Assembly: GCA_951406725.2 (NCBI GenBank)
Contig: OX597822.1
Span: 62,992,001 to 63,056,000 of the forward strand
Length of the DNA stretch: 64,000 bases
Source of the DNA: Octopus vulgaris
Lineage: Eukaryota
Reading direction: 5' to 3'
Below the pieces are notes generated by a model. That model was not told where the DNA came from. It searched no databases and saw only the letters and a list, made by a program, of their open reading frames with translations. The translations under genes and the position numbers were made by a program. Shown here piece after piece: positions 13,219 to 27,449 of this stretch. Every line of letters begins with the position of its first letter. Within the stretch, counting starts at the first letter, position 1.

Positions 13219-14226
13219 CCATGTGTGGGGGGGGTGTCTGTGTGTGTGTGCATGTGCGTGTGTGTGAGCGAGCGTATGTGCCAGGTGTTGAGAACAAAAT
13301 GTGAGCAGAAACTAATATATAAAGTATATTTATTTTTTTTTAAAAAATGGTGCACATGTTCAATTTGATATATTAAAGAAATGGGTTATTTCATTAACGT
13401 CCCAACAGCCTCAATAATAGCTTCGATCTGGCTTCGGAGGCAACTGGATGTCAGCATCATAGCCACGGTTCACAATGGCTGCTTTTGAACGAGTTCTTGG
13501 TATTTCCTTGGTATTGTGGGGCCGCTGGTTGACCTGCCCACTGTTGTCTCAGATATAATGTATCTAGGACATTATTTAATGCGTTCTTCTTTTCTGTAGT
13601 CTAGAGTCTTGTAGTCTAGAGGAATTAAAATTACGGAGAGCTAAGATCCACAAGCTGCTGTTTCTCGACCATCTAGAAATAGCAACCAAATTTCGAATGC
13701 TAATTATATTTACTTCTGCTTGCAGGACGTTGGTTCAGAAAGAGTTTGATTTCTGAGGCAGCCGTTCTCATTAGGGGCGGGGAGTAAGGAAGGAAAAAGG
13801 GAAGGTAGAGTATGATGGAAAGGAATTATAGGGCAAATTTTATTTAGGACGTGGCTTGGGAAAAGTGGGGCATTCGGTGGCGGTGAAAAGAGAGACGTGT
13901 GGGTTGTGGTTGGTGTACTATTAGCTAGTGAATAGCGGATGTAATTAGTATGTAACTGACTGCTTGACTCAAATAGTTTGAAAGCGATTAGAGTCAAGCT
14001 GTCTGCGGAAAATACTGCTATTCATTAACAGCTGATAAACACGAAATTTTGACGTTCACCCATTTTCCAGTAGCAAAACTAACTGAAATACAGTGAGAAG
14101 GAGAATAGAAGTAGATCTCCTTAAATTTTATTGTTTTACGTAGTGTTTTGTTGTGGATCAGCTCCGAAGCAACCTTGTAGACATTAATAATAAAAGCGTT
14201 CCACTTGAGATCATCTTGGTTATTTA

Positions 14227-14621
14227 GGCGTAGGAGTGGCTGTGTGGTAAGTAGCTTGCTTACGAACCAAATGGTTCCTGGTTCAGTCTCACTGCGTGGC
14301 ACCTTGGGCAAGTGTCTTCTACTATAGTCTCGGGCCGACCAAAGCCTTGTGAGTGGATTTGGTAGACGGAAATTGAAAGAAGCCCGTCGTATATATGTAT
14401 ATATATGTATGTGTGTGTGTGTGTATATGTGTCTGTGTTTGTCCCCCCAACACCGATGCTGGTGTGTTTGCGTCCCCGTAACTTAGCGGTTCGGCAAAAG
14501 AGACCGTTAGAATAAGTACTAGGCTTACAAAGAATAAGTCCTGGGGTTGATTTGCTCGACTAAAGGCGGTGTTCCAGCATGGCCACAGTCAAATGACTAA
14601 AACAAGTAAAAACGTAAAGAG
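14227..14621 (+). mobile_element. SINE family A
   Basis: Full-length match to 1378-1791. Confidence 0.9.
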
Positions 14622-17254
14622 TATATGGTGCGATTAGGATGATATTATCCAATGTGCCCTTCAGTTTTTAAGATAGCAGAGTATTTTAGCTGCTATTTCT
14701 AGCAAGGAAATTAACATTATAAAATCACCTGTTAGTACGGCTGAGAAATTAAATAATTTCCTTGGTTCGATCCTACTTGGACGATTGCCTTTTATCAAGG
14801 TCTCGGGTGCCCCACCCCCAATCTTGGAAAGAAATTAGGTAAGACGAAACTGTAGAAGCCCGTCAGATTGAATATACATATAACTCAAAGGTCCAGCCTT
14901 CTTACATCAAGTCATGCTGACTGCCCCGTGGTGCACGGGTCTGCAGAATATTCAGCCATATACGCATTAATTTAATGACTAATTAGATCACTTGCTCAGG
15001 CAACTGAGTGCTTATCGGCGAAACCGACTGAGGTTTGATCTTCACCATACATTGTAAGTTGTTGTTGTTGTTCTTCTTCTTCTTCCAATCAGGGCTCACG
15101 CCATTAGCCACAAATTGAAGATCCACCCACAACACGCGTTAGACGGGCGCGAAAGCTACGTTTTTTTTCCTCATTCCGTAAATGGTGGCTTTTAACGGGT
15201 GGAGAGCTGAACTATCCTGGGGTACAGAGGATTCGCAATCTAGACTAAAGGTCTGAAAGTTTACCACACCATAGTGCTTTGTGGCAGAAGTAGGAAGAAA
15301 GAGGGAGAGAAAGTTGTGGTGAAAGAGTACAGCGGAGTTCACCACCCCTCCCCGCCGAGGCCTCGTAGAGCTTAGGTGTTTTTGCTCAATAAACACTCAT
15401 AATGCCCGGTCTGGGAATCGAAACCGCGTTCTTACGACCGCGAGTCCGCTGCCCTAACCACTGGGTCATTGCACCTCTACTGATGTTGTTGCTGTCACCG
15501 TCGTCGTCGTTGTCGTCTTCGTTCTTATCGTTCACTTCTCTCCCCTGGTCAGCTCTGATTAACTTGACCTTTTAAAACAAAACCAGCAAGGTGGGATTTG
15601 ACCGCAATTGCTGTAAAGTAGAATGACCGCAGAGAGGCTCCGTCATCAGCTGGTGCTCTTGGTAGAGTTAGTGGTAGAGGTGGGGTGGTTGAGTTTATCT
15701 TATTGTTACTCAGGCACAAGTCTTGTCATAATCGAGAAAATATATGAATAAAAGCATTCCAGCTGTGACCACCCACTGTTGTCTCAGATATAATGTATCT
15801 AGGACATTAGTTAATGCGTTCTTTTCTGTATTTTTTAAATTAAAAAAAAAAAAAAAAGAAAAACAGCAACATATGACTAAGAATCGGCTGCTATAGACAG
15901 CTTCTTTAGCTTCTAAATCTTCTTAAACAGATGACGGTGGGATTCCAGCATGATCACAGTCGAACTGACTGGATTCAGTAGAATTATAAAAGCGAAAGAA
16001 AGACAAACTTGGCGGCCAGCTTTCAATATTAGGAATTTTACAGACAATTTCATTTTATTTTATTCGTCCTTTGATTTGCTTATTAGTTACATTTGCTGCT
16101 GCTGGTGCTGCTACTGCTACTGTTGTTGTTGTTGTTGTTGTTTATGACTGAACAAAGTGGAGTTGTGAGCAGGCGGAGGAGATGGAGCAATGTTCAATAC
16201 GTGATTGCAGGAGATAGTCTAGACTTTTATAGAGAAGTCTACTGAAATTGTATAGAAAGGCTCCATCTTCTAGTTTTATGTGAGAAGCGGAAGAGTTTCG
16301 TGTATGGTATTGACAGATCTTCCAAACATATATATATATATACATAAACACAGACTTTACCATGCATACGAATTATCTCTCTCTCTCTCTCATTCTCTCT
16401 CTCTCTTTCTCTCTCTCTCTCTCATTCTCTCTCTCTCTCTCTCCTGTCTCTCTCCTTCGCTCTCTATGTTTCCCGTCTCTTTTCCTCTTCTCTCTTTCCC
16501 TCACTCCAGTTCTTACTTTCTACACGCTCATATATAGAAAAATTCACACATAAACATAAACTACCTCCCACTTGTCTCCCTCGAGCACATACCAACGTAT
16601 AAACATACATACACACATATATACACACATATATGTATACCCACACGCTCGCACACAACCTATTTCTGCTGTACACACTTACGCTCTTTCACACACATAC
16701 ATACGCACAATGCCTACGTCCACCTCTCTTTCTCTTCCCCTCTCTCTCTCTCTCACACACACACACATACACACACATACAAACAACATATGCACACACA
16801 CACACACACACACACATACACTTACACATGCTCTACGGTCAACAAGACCGCTGAGCACGCACATACACGCTCACACACACACACGCTCCGCACGCGCACA
16901 CAATTTCCTCCGCACTATTTTCCATATACGCGAACGCATTCAGTTTATCTCATCGTCTCTCTCTCGCACACGCACACACACACACATACACACACATACA
17001 CATATACACACGGATACACACAAACATGTACACACTGCCTCTGTCACTCTCCATTCCTCTAACTCACGCACACTCACTCTGTCAACTTTGCAATTACTCA
17101 CAAGCACAATTATGCTCATATTTGGGTAAACTGCAAATATTGATATTTCTGTCTGCTTATATTTGTGTATATTTGATCTTGTGTGGTATTTCTATAAATA
17201 TATCCATATGGCTATATCTAAATAAATGTGTATGTATATAAGTGTGAGTATGTA

Positions 17255-17657
17255 CAGCCACATGATTCCGGGTTCAGTCCCACTGCACAGCACCTTGGGA
17301 AAGTGTCTTCTACTATAGCCTCGGACCGACCAGAGCCTTGTGAGTGGATTTAGTTGACGGAAACTAAAAGAAGCCCGTCGTATATATATTTATTTATTTG
17401 TGTGTGTGTGTGTGTGCATGTGTGTATCTTTGTGGCTATGTTTGTCCACCCCCCACCACCCCCACCACTTGACAACCGATACTCGTATGTTTACGTCCCC
17501 ATAAGTTAGCGGTTCGACAAAAGACGCCGATAGATTAAGTACTAGGCTTACATAGAATAAGTCCTGTAGTCGATTTCTTCAACTAAAAATCCCTTTAAGG
17601 CGGTGCTCCAGCATGGCTGCTGTAAAATGGCTGAAACAAGTAAAAGAATAAAAGAAT
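17255..17657 (+). mobile_element. SINE family A (5' truncated)
   Basis: Match to the family A body and tail. Confidence 0.85.
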
Positions 17658-17673
17658 ATGTGTATTTGTGCAC

Positions 17674-17734
<61 letters not shown>

Positions 17735-17752
17735 CACGCACACCTGTGTGTA

Positions 17753-17818
<66 letters not shown>

Positions 17819-18210
17819 GTGACAGCGCTAAGCACTGATGTATATTAATATTTAAATACAAACTTGTTACTTGTTCAAATATGCTTGCAGCTTATTTGGA
17901 CCGATAAGAAATCTATTCACTCTATTATATTATAGAAAAATTTTCTCGCTGCAATCAGACAAGTTTGAATACATCGAGTCAGTTCACAGAGTTCCCTAAC
18001 CAGACTATGAAACGCATGCATTTCGGAGTGGTTATCTCCTCTTCAACGACAGAGACCGGAAAGGTAGACGTTGCGAGCTGACACGAGATATAGATCCCCC
18101 TTATGATGTTCCTGTTATCATTCAATGACTGGTTGCATTATTCAGCGACTCGCCTAGCCGTAAAAAGAAATACGAGGAGACAGCACTAAGCAGTGGTGTG
18201 TATAAATATA

Positions 18211-18438
18211 TGTTTTTTTATTACCCACAAGGAGCTAAATATAGAGGGGACAAACAAGGACAAACAGACGGATTAAGTCGATAACATCGACCCCAATGCG
18301 TAACTGGTACTTAATTTATCCACCCCGTAAGGATGAAAGGCAAAGTCGACCTCGGCGGAATCTGAACTCAGAACGTAACGGCAGACGAAATACCGCTAAG
18401 CTTTTCGCCCGGAGTGCTAACGTTTCTGCCAGCTCGCC
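18211..18438 (-). mobile_element. SINE family B with 16-bp TSD
   Basis: TSD GGTGTGTATAAATATA at 18195-210 and 18439-454. Confidence 0.9.
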
Positions 18439-18537
18439 GGTGTGTATAAATATAAGCTTATTACCAGTTCGAATATGCTTGAGAGAGCGTTGTAAGCCCA
18501 CTCGCTGTATTTACACTTACGAAGGGAAACTGAAAAG

Positions 18538-18586
<49 letters not shown>

Positions 18587-18981
18587 CACCTCAGAAGTAG
18601 ACAGAAATCCTTCATTATATAGTTTTACCAGACCGGACACAACCTTGTGCGTCAAACTTGGTAGGAGATACCTCACAGAAGTGCTCACTCATTTTGAATT
18701 GCTCTGTAACATCAGCTGCCTTATTTTCAACAATCGGCTTCACAGCCCGATCATATCTGTCAGAGGGCCCAGGTCCAAATGAGCGGATGTTATTGATTCC
18801 TTTCTTTGTTGGAGAATTCTACAGTCAATCTCTTGACAGTGACAACAGAGAACCCAAATTTTGTTCACTCTCAGACTGACCCACATTACGTCCTCGATGA
18901 AAATCAGACAACTATTTTGGTTCTGGTTTTTCACATCACGACTAGTTACTATAAACAATTAATATACTGTTATCTGAAATG

Positions 18982-19173
18982 TTAGCACGCTGGGTGAAAT
19001 GCTTAGCGGCACTTCGTCCGTCGTAACGTTCTGAGCTCAAATTCCGCCGGGATCGACTATACCGTTCATTCTTTTGGGGGTCGATAAAATAGGTACTAGT
19101 TGAGTACTGGGGTTGATTTAATAGACTTAGCGCCTCCCCACAAACTGCTGGCTTTTTTCAAAATTTTGAAACC
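18982..19173 (+). mobile_element. SINE family B with 21-bp TSD
   Basis: TSD AATATACTGTTATCTGAAATG at 18961-81 and 19174-94. Confidence 0.88.
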
Positions 19174-19361
19174 AATATACTGTTATCTGAAATGAAAACT
19201 AATAATACATTAACAAGTTTGAAATACCAGTTGGTGTCCGTACATATACAACGGTATAATGAGAGGTATGTATTTGCTTTTACATACGTACATACATACA
19301 TACAAACAACATATATATGTGTATGTATGTATGTATGTATGTATGTATGTATGTATGTATG

Positions 19362-19409
<48 letters not shown>

Positions 19410-19726
19410 GTATGTATGTACATATATACAGATATATATATATGTTATTATGTACATACATATGATACTTGTATATGTATATATCTACCAATGTATATAT
19501 ATATATATATCTTTATGTTTATGCGTGTAAATTTTTCTTCACACACACAGACACACACGCATGTATATGTACACATACACATGTGTGAATGTGAGTGTAT
19601 GTGTATATGTATTAACTGCCAGAGGAAAAAAATATGAAGAATACTGATTCAAAAGGAAATTTATTATTAAAAATATGAAGGTGGTCTGAAACATTTTTTT
19701 TAATTTGTAAATTTAGAAAATTTACG

Positions 19727-21177
19727 CGGCTAAACAAAACCAAAGAAGAAAACTAAGTATTATACAAAAAAAACTTTTTGTACACATTTTATTTCAGTAA
19801 AAATGAATGAATTTATATTAAATATGCGAGACGATGACATGATATTGCAAAATATAATAAACTGATTTTATATTTTGCTATACATTTCTGTTAGAAAAAT
19901 TGAATAAGAAAATTAAGTTGAAGAAAAAAATACCAGCCATATATGAAGATAACATGCTAAATGTTTTAATACAAAATTATATTCTGTAACTGTTACCACC
20001 GAAGAAAATATTGATGGTGTTCACCACTTGGTGATGGATGACAAGCGATCGATATGTATATATGACTGAAAAGTTCATAGACTCTCATACTCTCATGAAA
20101 TGTGACCAAGTGAGGTTTATTTTTCAACATAATCCCGCTTGCGATCCACACACTTCTTCCATCGGTGTTTCAGCACTTGATTCTCATTGGTGAAGAAACT
20201 TTATCCTCAGAAAGCTTTATGCTCAAAAAAAGTCATCATCTCTGAGACATTGGTTCCCAGCAAACTGCTTTTTGTTTGCTTTTTTTAATGTTGAAGAAAC
20301 AGATGATAGATGGCGCTAAACCTGAAAAATAGGGAGGGTAATCGACCTTTCATCAATTTTCCTGTGCGTTTTGTCTTGATGCCCTTCGTAGCTGCCTCAG
20401 GAAACTAGCATAGTACTCTCTATTGATGGTATAGTCCATTTAAAGATATTCAATAAACAATGCCTTTTACATCCCAAAACACTGAGGCTATCACCTTCCC
20501 TGCAGATGAGATTACCTTGACCTTCTCTGGAGTAGGTAACTGCAGAGTTCATAGACTGACTATGTAGATGTGATGCTAGGGCTGTGGGGGTGTTTCCACT
20601 GCATGGATTGAATCTTTGTCACTGGCTCACAGTGATGAACCCAACACTCATCCTGGGTTAGGAAACGTTCAAAGGAACCAACTCCATCTGCTTGATAAAA
20701 TATCAGACTTGGTTCGCTTTTGATGAGGTGTGAAAGAACTTGGCGCCCACCGAGTAGAAACCTTAGTCAGGCCAAGCTCATTGGGTAAAATATTCTCAAC
20801 TTTTTCACGGCATATGCTAATAATACTGGCTATTTGATTTATTGTCGATCGCTTGTCATCCATCACCAAGTGGTGAACACCATCAATATTTTCTTCGGTG
20901 GTAACAGTTACAGAATATAATTTTGTATTAAAACATTTAGCATGTTATCTTCATATATGGCTGCTATTTTCTTCTTCAACTTAATTTTCTTCATTCAATT
21001 TTACTAACAGAAATATATAGCAAAATATAAAATCAGTTTATTATATTTTGCAATATCATGTCATCGTCTCACGTATTTAATATAAATTCATTCATTTTTA
21101 CAGAAATAAAATGTGTAGAAAAAGTGGGGTTTTTTTTGTATAATACTTAGTTTTCTTCTCTGGTTTTGTTTAGCCGT
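19727..21177. repeat. Inverted duplication of ~325 bp (19727-20051 vs 20845-21177)
   Basis: High-identity reverse-complement match by eye; ~790-bp spacer. Confidence 0.92.
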
Positions 21178-21446
21178 GTCATCTTGGATCATCTTCAACA
21201 CTTTCCCTTTCCCCCCTAAATTCAGCTGTCCATTTTGCACTGTTGATAGAGCTGGAGTGTCATCCCCTAATTTAGCAACCATGTCAGCATGTATGTCCTA
21301 ATGGGCCAAATCCTTTTTCTGCTGGTACTTGATAACACCACAATGCCAAATTTTGTTCATTTTCAAGAGACGTCGCTGGTAGTTACATTTGAAGTTTACT
21401 TTCGACAGCCAGAGATCAGTTTACGTGGAACGAAACAATGCAGTTA

Positions 21447-22738
21447 CGAGGGGCGTTCAATAAGTAATGCCCCTGACCCACTTCCCATCGCAGTAGAGCA
21501 ACGAAACTTGTCACAGTTATTAGTCTTTTTCTACATAGGAACCACCCAGAGTTACGCATTTCTCCCATTGTCTGATGCAGCTCTGGAGACCGTTTTTTTA
21601 GGAGACCCCAGCTTGGTCTTCCAACCACAACGTGACTTCAGAAATCAAGGCTGCATCATCTGGGAAATGCTTTCCTTTCAAAAACAACTTCATGGCTGGG
21701 AAGAGGTGAAAATCAGAGGGTGCAAGGTCAGGAGAGTAGGGGGATGGGGGAGGAGTTCATAGCCGCACGCCTGTGCTTCTGATCTGGCGACACGCAAGTT
21801 GTGGACCGGAGCGTTGTCCTGCAGGAGGAGGATGCCTTTGCTGATCTTGCCCCGCCTCTTGATTTTGATAGCTCCTCTTAATTTTCTCAAAAGTGAAGCA
21901 TAATAGGCTCCTGTAATTGTGGTACCTTTTGCCAGGAAATCTGTCATCACTACTCCGTCCTGGTCCCAGAAGACTGTAAGCATGACCTTACCAGCGGAGG
22001 GCTGCACCTTTACCTTCTTTGGAGGAGGTGAGTCACGGTGCTTCCACTGCATTGACTCGGCTTTGGTCTCTGGATCATAGTGATGGACCCAGGTTTTATC
22101 CTGTGTAATCAGTCTTTTGAAAAATTTTGACTCATCTTCTTGGCACATCTCCAAATTCATCTTCGAGTACTCGATGCCTTCTTGCTTCTGGAAAGGTGTG
22201 AGCAACCTGGAAATCCATCTGGCAGACACCTTTTGCATATGCAAATGGTCATGAATGATAGTTTCCACAGACCTGGTACTAATCTTGACCTCATGGGCTA
22301 TTTGGCAAATAGTTATGCATCGATCTTCCAAAATGGCAGCCTCAACTTGACAGACAGATGCCTCATCAATGGCAGAAGTGGGGCGACCAGATTTGGGAGC
22401 TGTTTCCACAGAGTTCCGACCATGTTTGAATTCACGATGCCAGCGTTTTACAAGGTCATATGATGGGGCATCATCACCATAAGTTACTTTCATTTCATCA
22501 AAAGTCTCCCGTGGTGTGCGTCCTTTCAAATACAAAAACCGGATCACTGCTCGACACTCAACAGGCTCCATTTCAAACTTGACTCAGTTCAAACACCTGT
22601 AAATCAGAAACCACAATTAGTTCAGAGCTGTAATTTTCCACTTAATCTATAGAGATATAAATAATTGCACATGCAAAATTTCGGCTAGATCAAACAAATG
22701 CAAGTGGGTCAGAGGCATTACTTATTGAACGCCCCTCG
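21447..22738 (-). mobile_element. Full-length mariner transposon with TA TSD
   Basis: Near-perfect ~35-bp TIRs CGAGGGGCGTTCAATAAGTAATGCC(C/T)CTGACCCACTT at both ends, flanked by TA at 21445-46 and 22739-40; ~1.29 kb. Confidence 0.96.
21690..22571 (-). pseudogene. Mariner (DD34D) transposase, frameshifted just before the YSPDLAP motif
   Basis: 293-aa ORF with HTH, VSARW, ITQDKTWVHHYDPE, AGKVMLTVFWD and LLQDNAP. YSPDLAPSDF continues in another frame after HPP. Confidence 0.92.
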
Positions 22739-24936
22739 TATTAATAAGAAGGGCTGAAATTAACGCATGTAAGATTTCACAGGTCCAGCATCGACTTCTT
22801 CATAGTCAACCTATGATCGTTTCTGCCTACTTTCGTGTGTATGTATCTGTGTGAGTGAGTGAGTGAGTGAGTGTGTGTGGCGGGGGTGAGTGACCAGTTA
22901 TATACAATCGATTATATAAAAAATATACAAATATACAAATATATGTGCGCGTGTGTGTTTGTGTGTGGGGGAGGCACCGTATGGAAAAGTTTGAAATAGT
23001 GGCTTGCAGAAGCACATAGAGTACCTGCAACAGGCTTGCTTGTTGGGAGCGCCGAAGATCATTGGAAAGTCCTTGGATGGCTGAGATCACAGGCAGTGAC
23101 TTTCTATTCAAGAGCAAACCTACCTAAATTCCATCATAGGGACGAGATACATCCTCGCATGTGTGTGTGTGTGTGTGTGTGTGTGTTTGTGTGAATCCAG
23201 CACAACGCAACAATTAGTTCAGCTGAAGTGTTTTTATCAGGTGCAAATTGCACTTAGTATGACGGTGTCAGTTCAAATGGCCGTTATGCGAAATTTTAAA
23301 GAAGCTAAAACCATAGACTTGTAACATGTACTAAGCACTAAATGTGAAAGTTGTCCACTGCTTTTGAACCAAATTTAGTTGAGATAATACCATATATGTG
23401 TGTGTTAATATGCGTGTGCAGTATGTATGTGTGCATGTATGGGAATATTTGTGTTGTCGCGATCGGGTGTTTACAGATATATAGATGCACATGTACAAAT
23501 ATCTATACATATAAATATCTATATTGAGCGTAGGAACAAAAATGAGAATTGTCATAAAATTTATCTACAAAAAGTGTTTTATTAAAAACGTCACGAGAAG
23601 TAAATATAACCATCTAAAAATATGAGCTGTATTGTTAATATCGTAATCTTTATGTAAATATATGATTACTTTTGTAACTAAAAATCATTGGAAATGGGAA
23701 GAAGAAATTGAAAATACTTGAATTGTAAAAACTAATAGAGCCCGTAATATATTCAATTTAAGATATGGTTTTACGTAAAATCTATTACAGCAAAGAATGC
23801 GCAAATTAAAAAATAGGTTGAGACAAGATGTGGGAAATGAGAAAAATGCGTCTTATCTTTTAAGAAAGGAAATAATCCAAAAGTTCGGAAAAAAACTTTT
23901 AGTATCAACTCACAGAACACCAGAATGGCCTATCGAACATTTGGAATTACTATCTTATATTTGATAAGGGGAATCTTTCCCGAAATCAAACAGAAACATT
24001 AAATATCTTTTGTAAGGTAATACAATATCTTCTCTTTGATTTTATTTATTAGTACCCCCTTACATATCTTGCCTAACTCCTCACCTGCATTGTTTAAGGG
24101 TTTGTCTATTTGTATGTATTCATATCATTTACTCATTAAAATAGTCATGTAAATTAAATAGTCTTTTTTTATCCTTTAGGCAGGATGGAAGGCAGTATTT
24201 CTGAATTCGTTTATAACTTTGAGACTGTTGAAACAGGGCTGAGATTATTCTCAAACTAGAGACCTGGCCCGAAAGCATACTATAAAGTTGACTCTGCTAA
24301 AGGCTCTATGTTAACTCTATCACCTCTGATGGGTTTTGAACTACGCAAAAAGTCGAAACGAATACCGTAAGGCTTCCTGCCTAACTTTCTTAGAGTTATA
24401 CTAATCCATTGCCTGGGATTAGTATTGGTTTATCGAACCTGGAAGAATGAAAGACAATGTCATCTTCAGCGAGATTTTAAGAAGTGCAGATTAGGAACAA
24501 ATAAAGTAAAACATTCTATCCGGCGTTTTAAGGATTCTGTCAATTCGCTACTTTTGATCAATTAAAAATACTAATAATATAATGTGTGTATTGACTAATA
24601 GGAATATGTCTAAATTCACCTTGTTTTCTACTTCCGTAACCCTTGAATAACTTTTCTTATTGTCCATTTTTTTATCAATTTTCTCTATTGATTTTACGAG
24701 TTCCTCTTCCGAGGAAGACAGCCCTGAAGAGCTGTAATCCTCGTATAACATCATTGGCAACAAGTTTCTTCAAGGTAGCAAAAAACAGTTCACCAAAAGA
24801 GTTCAAATGAACACTAACAAAAATTTTTCAACGATAAATAACAATTTTTAACTTACAAATAACAATTACGTTCACCCCGGTTTACGAACACCTCTGACCA
24901 CGAATAAATCGTGCTTTGTATATATCTATATCTATC

Positions 24937-24997
<61 letters not shown>

Positions 24998-25264
24998 AAA
25001 TATTAGGGAATAAATCCAAACTTACAGGGAAAAATTAGATTTAGGATTACTTTGATACTTTGATAGGTTTCGGCCATTATTGGCCCAGGCCATGTCTAAC
25101 TTAATAGCACAATCCAATTTTATAGTAAAATATTACATTATATTAAATTAGAGATAAAACCACTATTAGGTAAATCATACAATGAAAAACTTAAGCCAAT
25201 ACATAAGATTAATTAATTTATATTATTCAAATATATCAGATTATTAAAAAGATAATTAATATAA

Positions 25265-25328
25265 CACTACGATCGTTTCATGGCTGTCCAATTCTTAAAA
25301 TTTTCGAGTTACAGTCATTCTTCAAGTG
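25265..25328 (-). ncRNA. Type I hammerhead ribozyme motif, mirror copy of 25435-25498
   Basis: Exact reverse complement within the foldback. Confidence 0.68.
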
Positions 25329-25434
25329 GTTTAAATATTTAACTTGGCGAGGTTTAATCAATGAACTAAAATTTTGAATAACGATTCAAAATTTTAGTTC
25401 ATTGATTAAACCTCGCCAAGTTAAATATTTAAAC

Positions 25435-25498
25435 CACTTGAAGAATGACTGTAACTCGAAAATTTTAAGAATTGGACAGCCATGAAACGATCGTAGTG
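25435..25498 (+). ncRNA. Type I hammerhead ribozyme motif (U3 variant)
   Basis: CAC-TTGAAGA-ATGACTGT...ACAGCCAT-GAAA-CGATCG-TA-GTG. Confidence 0.68.
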
Positions 25499-25620
25499 TT
25501 ATATTAATTATCTTTTTTAATAATCTGATATATTTAAATAATATAAATTAATTAATCTTATGTATTGGCTTAAGTTTTTCATTGTATGATTTACCTAATA
25601 GTGGTTTTATCTCTAATTTA

Positions 25621-25687
<67 letters not shown>

Positions 25688-25731
25688 CACGATTTATTCG
25701 CGATGTGAGTTGTTCGAAAAGCGAGGTACTA

Positions 25732-25788
<57 letters not shown>

Positions 25789-26659
25789 GGTGCGCATGTG
25801 TGTGTGTGTGTGAAGATGCGGGTGTTGCACTCACGATTGCTAGGCTGTGGGTTCGATTCCCAGAACGAGCAGTACGTTTTGTACTTGAGCAAAGCACTTC
25901 ATTTCATGTTGCTCACGTCCATTTAGCTGGAAATTGGTAACCCTACGACAGGTTAGCCTTCCGATCAGCGGGGAATATTAGCCTGCTCGCTTAGGGGTTG
26001 AATCATTCGAAAGCTGAAAAATGATATGAAATTTTCCTCCCCTTTGTACACTCACCGAAGAAGAAAATTATCCTAAATCATATAGCTATTAACTCTTTCG
26101 TTCCCCCATGAGTGTCAAGGTAAAAACATCGACTGTGAACCTACTCATCGTTTTTGTTACTGTTTTCTATTTTACTTTTGCTCTTCGTCATATTCTCATC
26201 GCGCGCTCATGCGGACCTCCTACGTCTATAAATTTTTGTTTAATTATATTGCACTTTTTTTTATATATGGACACCTCTTGTTTTCACAACTTGACTATTT
26301 TTGTATTCTTCCTTACATTTTCAATAATTTTCAATTACAAATTGCATCACATACATATTTACATTGCGATTATAGCACTGCAATGCAATTTATATCTTTA
26401 GATGTTTAGAATAATTGCATTTTATAAAATATATTTATATAGTAATATCTGTAATCGAGAAAGCCAGCTTTAAGTAAAGTCTAACAAGCCCTTAACGCTG
26501 CAGAACACACGCATGCACACACATATATATATATATATACATATATACATACACACACATATATATGTGTGTGTGTATGTGTATGCATACTTATATATGT
26601 ATATATATGTGTATATACGTAAGTATATACACACATATATATGTATATATATATATATA

Positions 26660-26705
<46 letters not shown>

Positions 26706-27044
26706 AGTAATTTTTATTGACTTTTACAGGTTTATAATTTTATGAACTGAACTGTGTGTTTTTTTATTATTTTTCATGTATAGGTCTGATTTTAATTTAA
26801 ATGTGAGTGTGCATATATTTTCCTGTGTGTTAGTTTTTAGAACTAGTAGCCCAATATGTAGAATAACTGTGTTTGTTAATATATATTGATATATTTTGTT
26901 TTGTTTATTTTGTATTATTGTATTAATGAGTATATATATATGTGTGTAGTATTATGAGTGTCTATGCACACGTTTTTATATTTTATATTTTTATATTTAT
27001 ATGTATAAAAAAAAATTTTTTTTCACACTTATAATAAATTAAAT

Positions 27045-27155
27045 TCTTTGAAGAGGCCGTGGGGCATCCTTGTTAATGTCTCATTTATACCTGCCTTATA
27101 TGGCTTATAGGTTAAATGAGGCATGCTTGCCCTTACGGCTGAAACAGCTGTCAGA
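27045..27155 (+). ncRNA. Type I hammerhead ribozyme motif (U3 variant)
   Basis: TCT-TTGAAGA-GGCCGTGGGGCA...TGCCCTTACGGCT-GAAA-CAGCTG-TC-AGA; extended paired helix II; GUC site. Confidence 0.7.
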
Positions 27156-27364
27156 TAGGATATAATTATATATTATATTTTATATGTCTATTTCATTGTC
27201 TAATTATATTTACTATATATTTTGTATAATGCCTTTACTGCTATGTCGTGGAGCTTTTAGGTGTTTTCGCTCAATGAACACACACAACGCCCAGTCTGTG
27301 AATCGAAACCGCGATCCTACGACCGCGAGTCCGCTACCCTAACCACTGGGCCATTTCGCCCCTC

Positions 27365-27449
<85 letters not shown>

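Larger units (their letters stand above)
20062..22826 (-). mobile_element. Older degraded mariner, interrupted by an AT-rich insert and by the nested full-length mariner
   Basis: TIR remnants CTGAAAAGTTCATAG (20066-80) and CTATGATCGTTTCTG (22811-25). Fragments MVAKLGDDTPALSTVQ and VMDDKRSTINQIAS...LGLTKVSTRWAP. Confidence 0.8.
25137..25627. repeat. Near-perfect foldback, ~243-bp arms, 4-nt loop
   Basis: The arms are reverse complements around AACG (25380-83); flanked by (TA)n. Confidence 0.97.

Noticed and set aside
13538-15830. 60-bp near-identical direct repeat 2.2 kb apart (possible LTRs)
   Set aside because: No TG..CA ends, PBS, PPT or gag/pol; it resembles a dispersed repeat fragment.
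24181-24260. Strong acceptor-like TTTTTTTTATCCTTTAG
   Set aside because: In-phase translation has no class B GPCR features and soon hits a stop.
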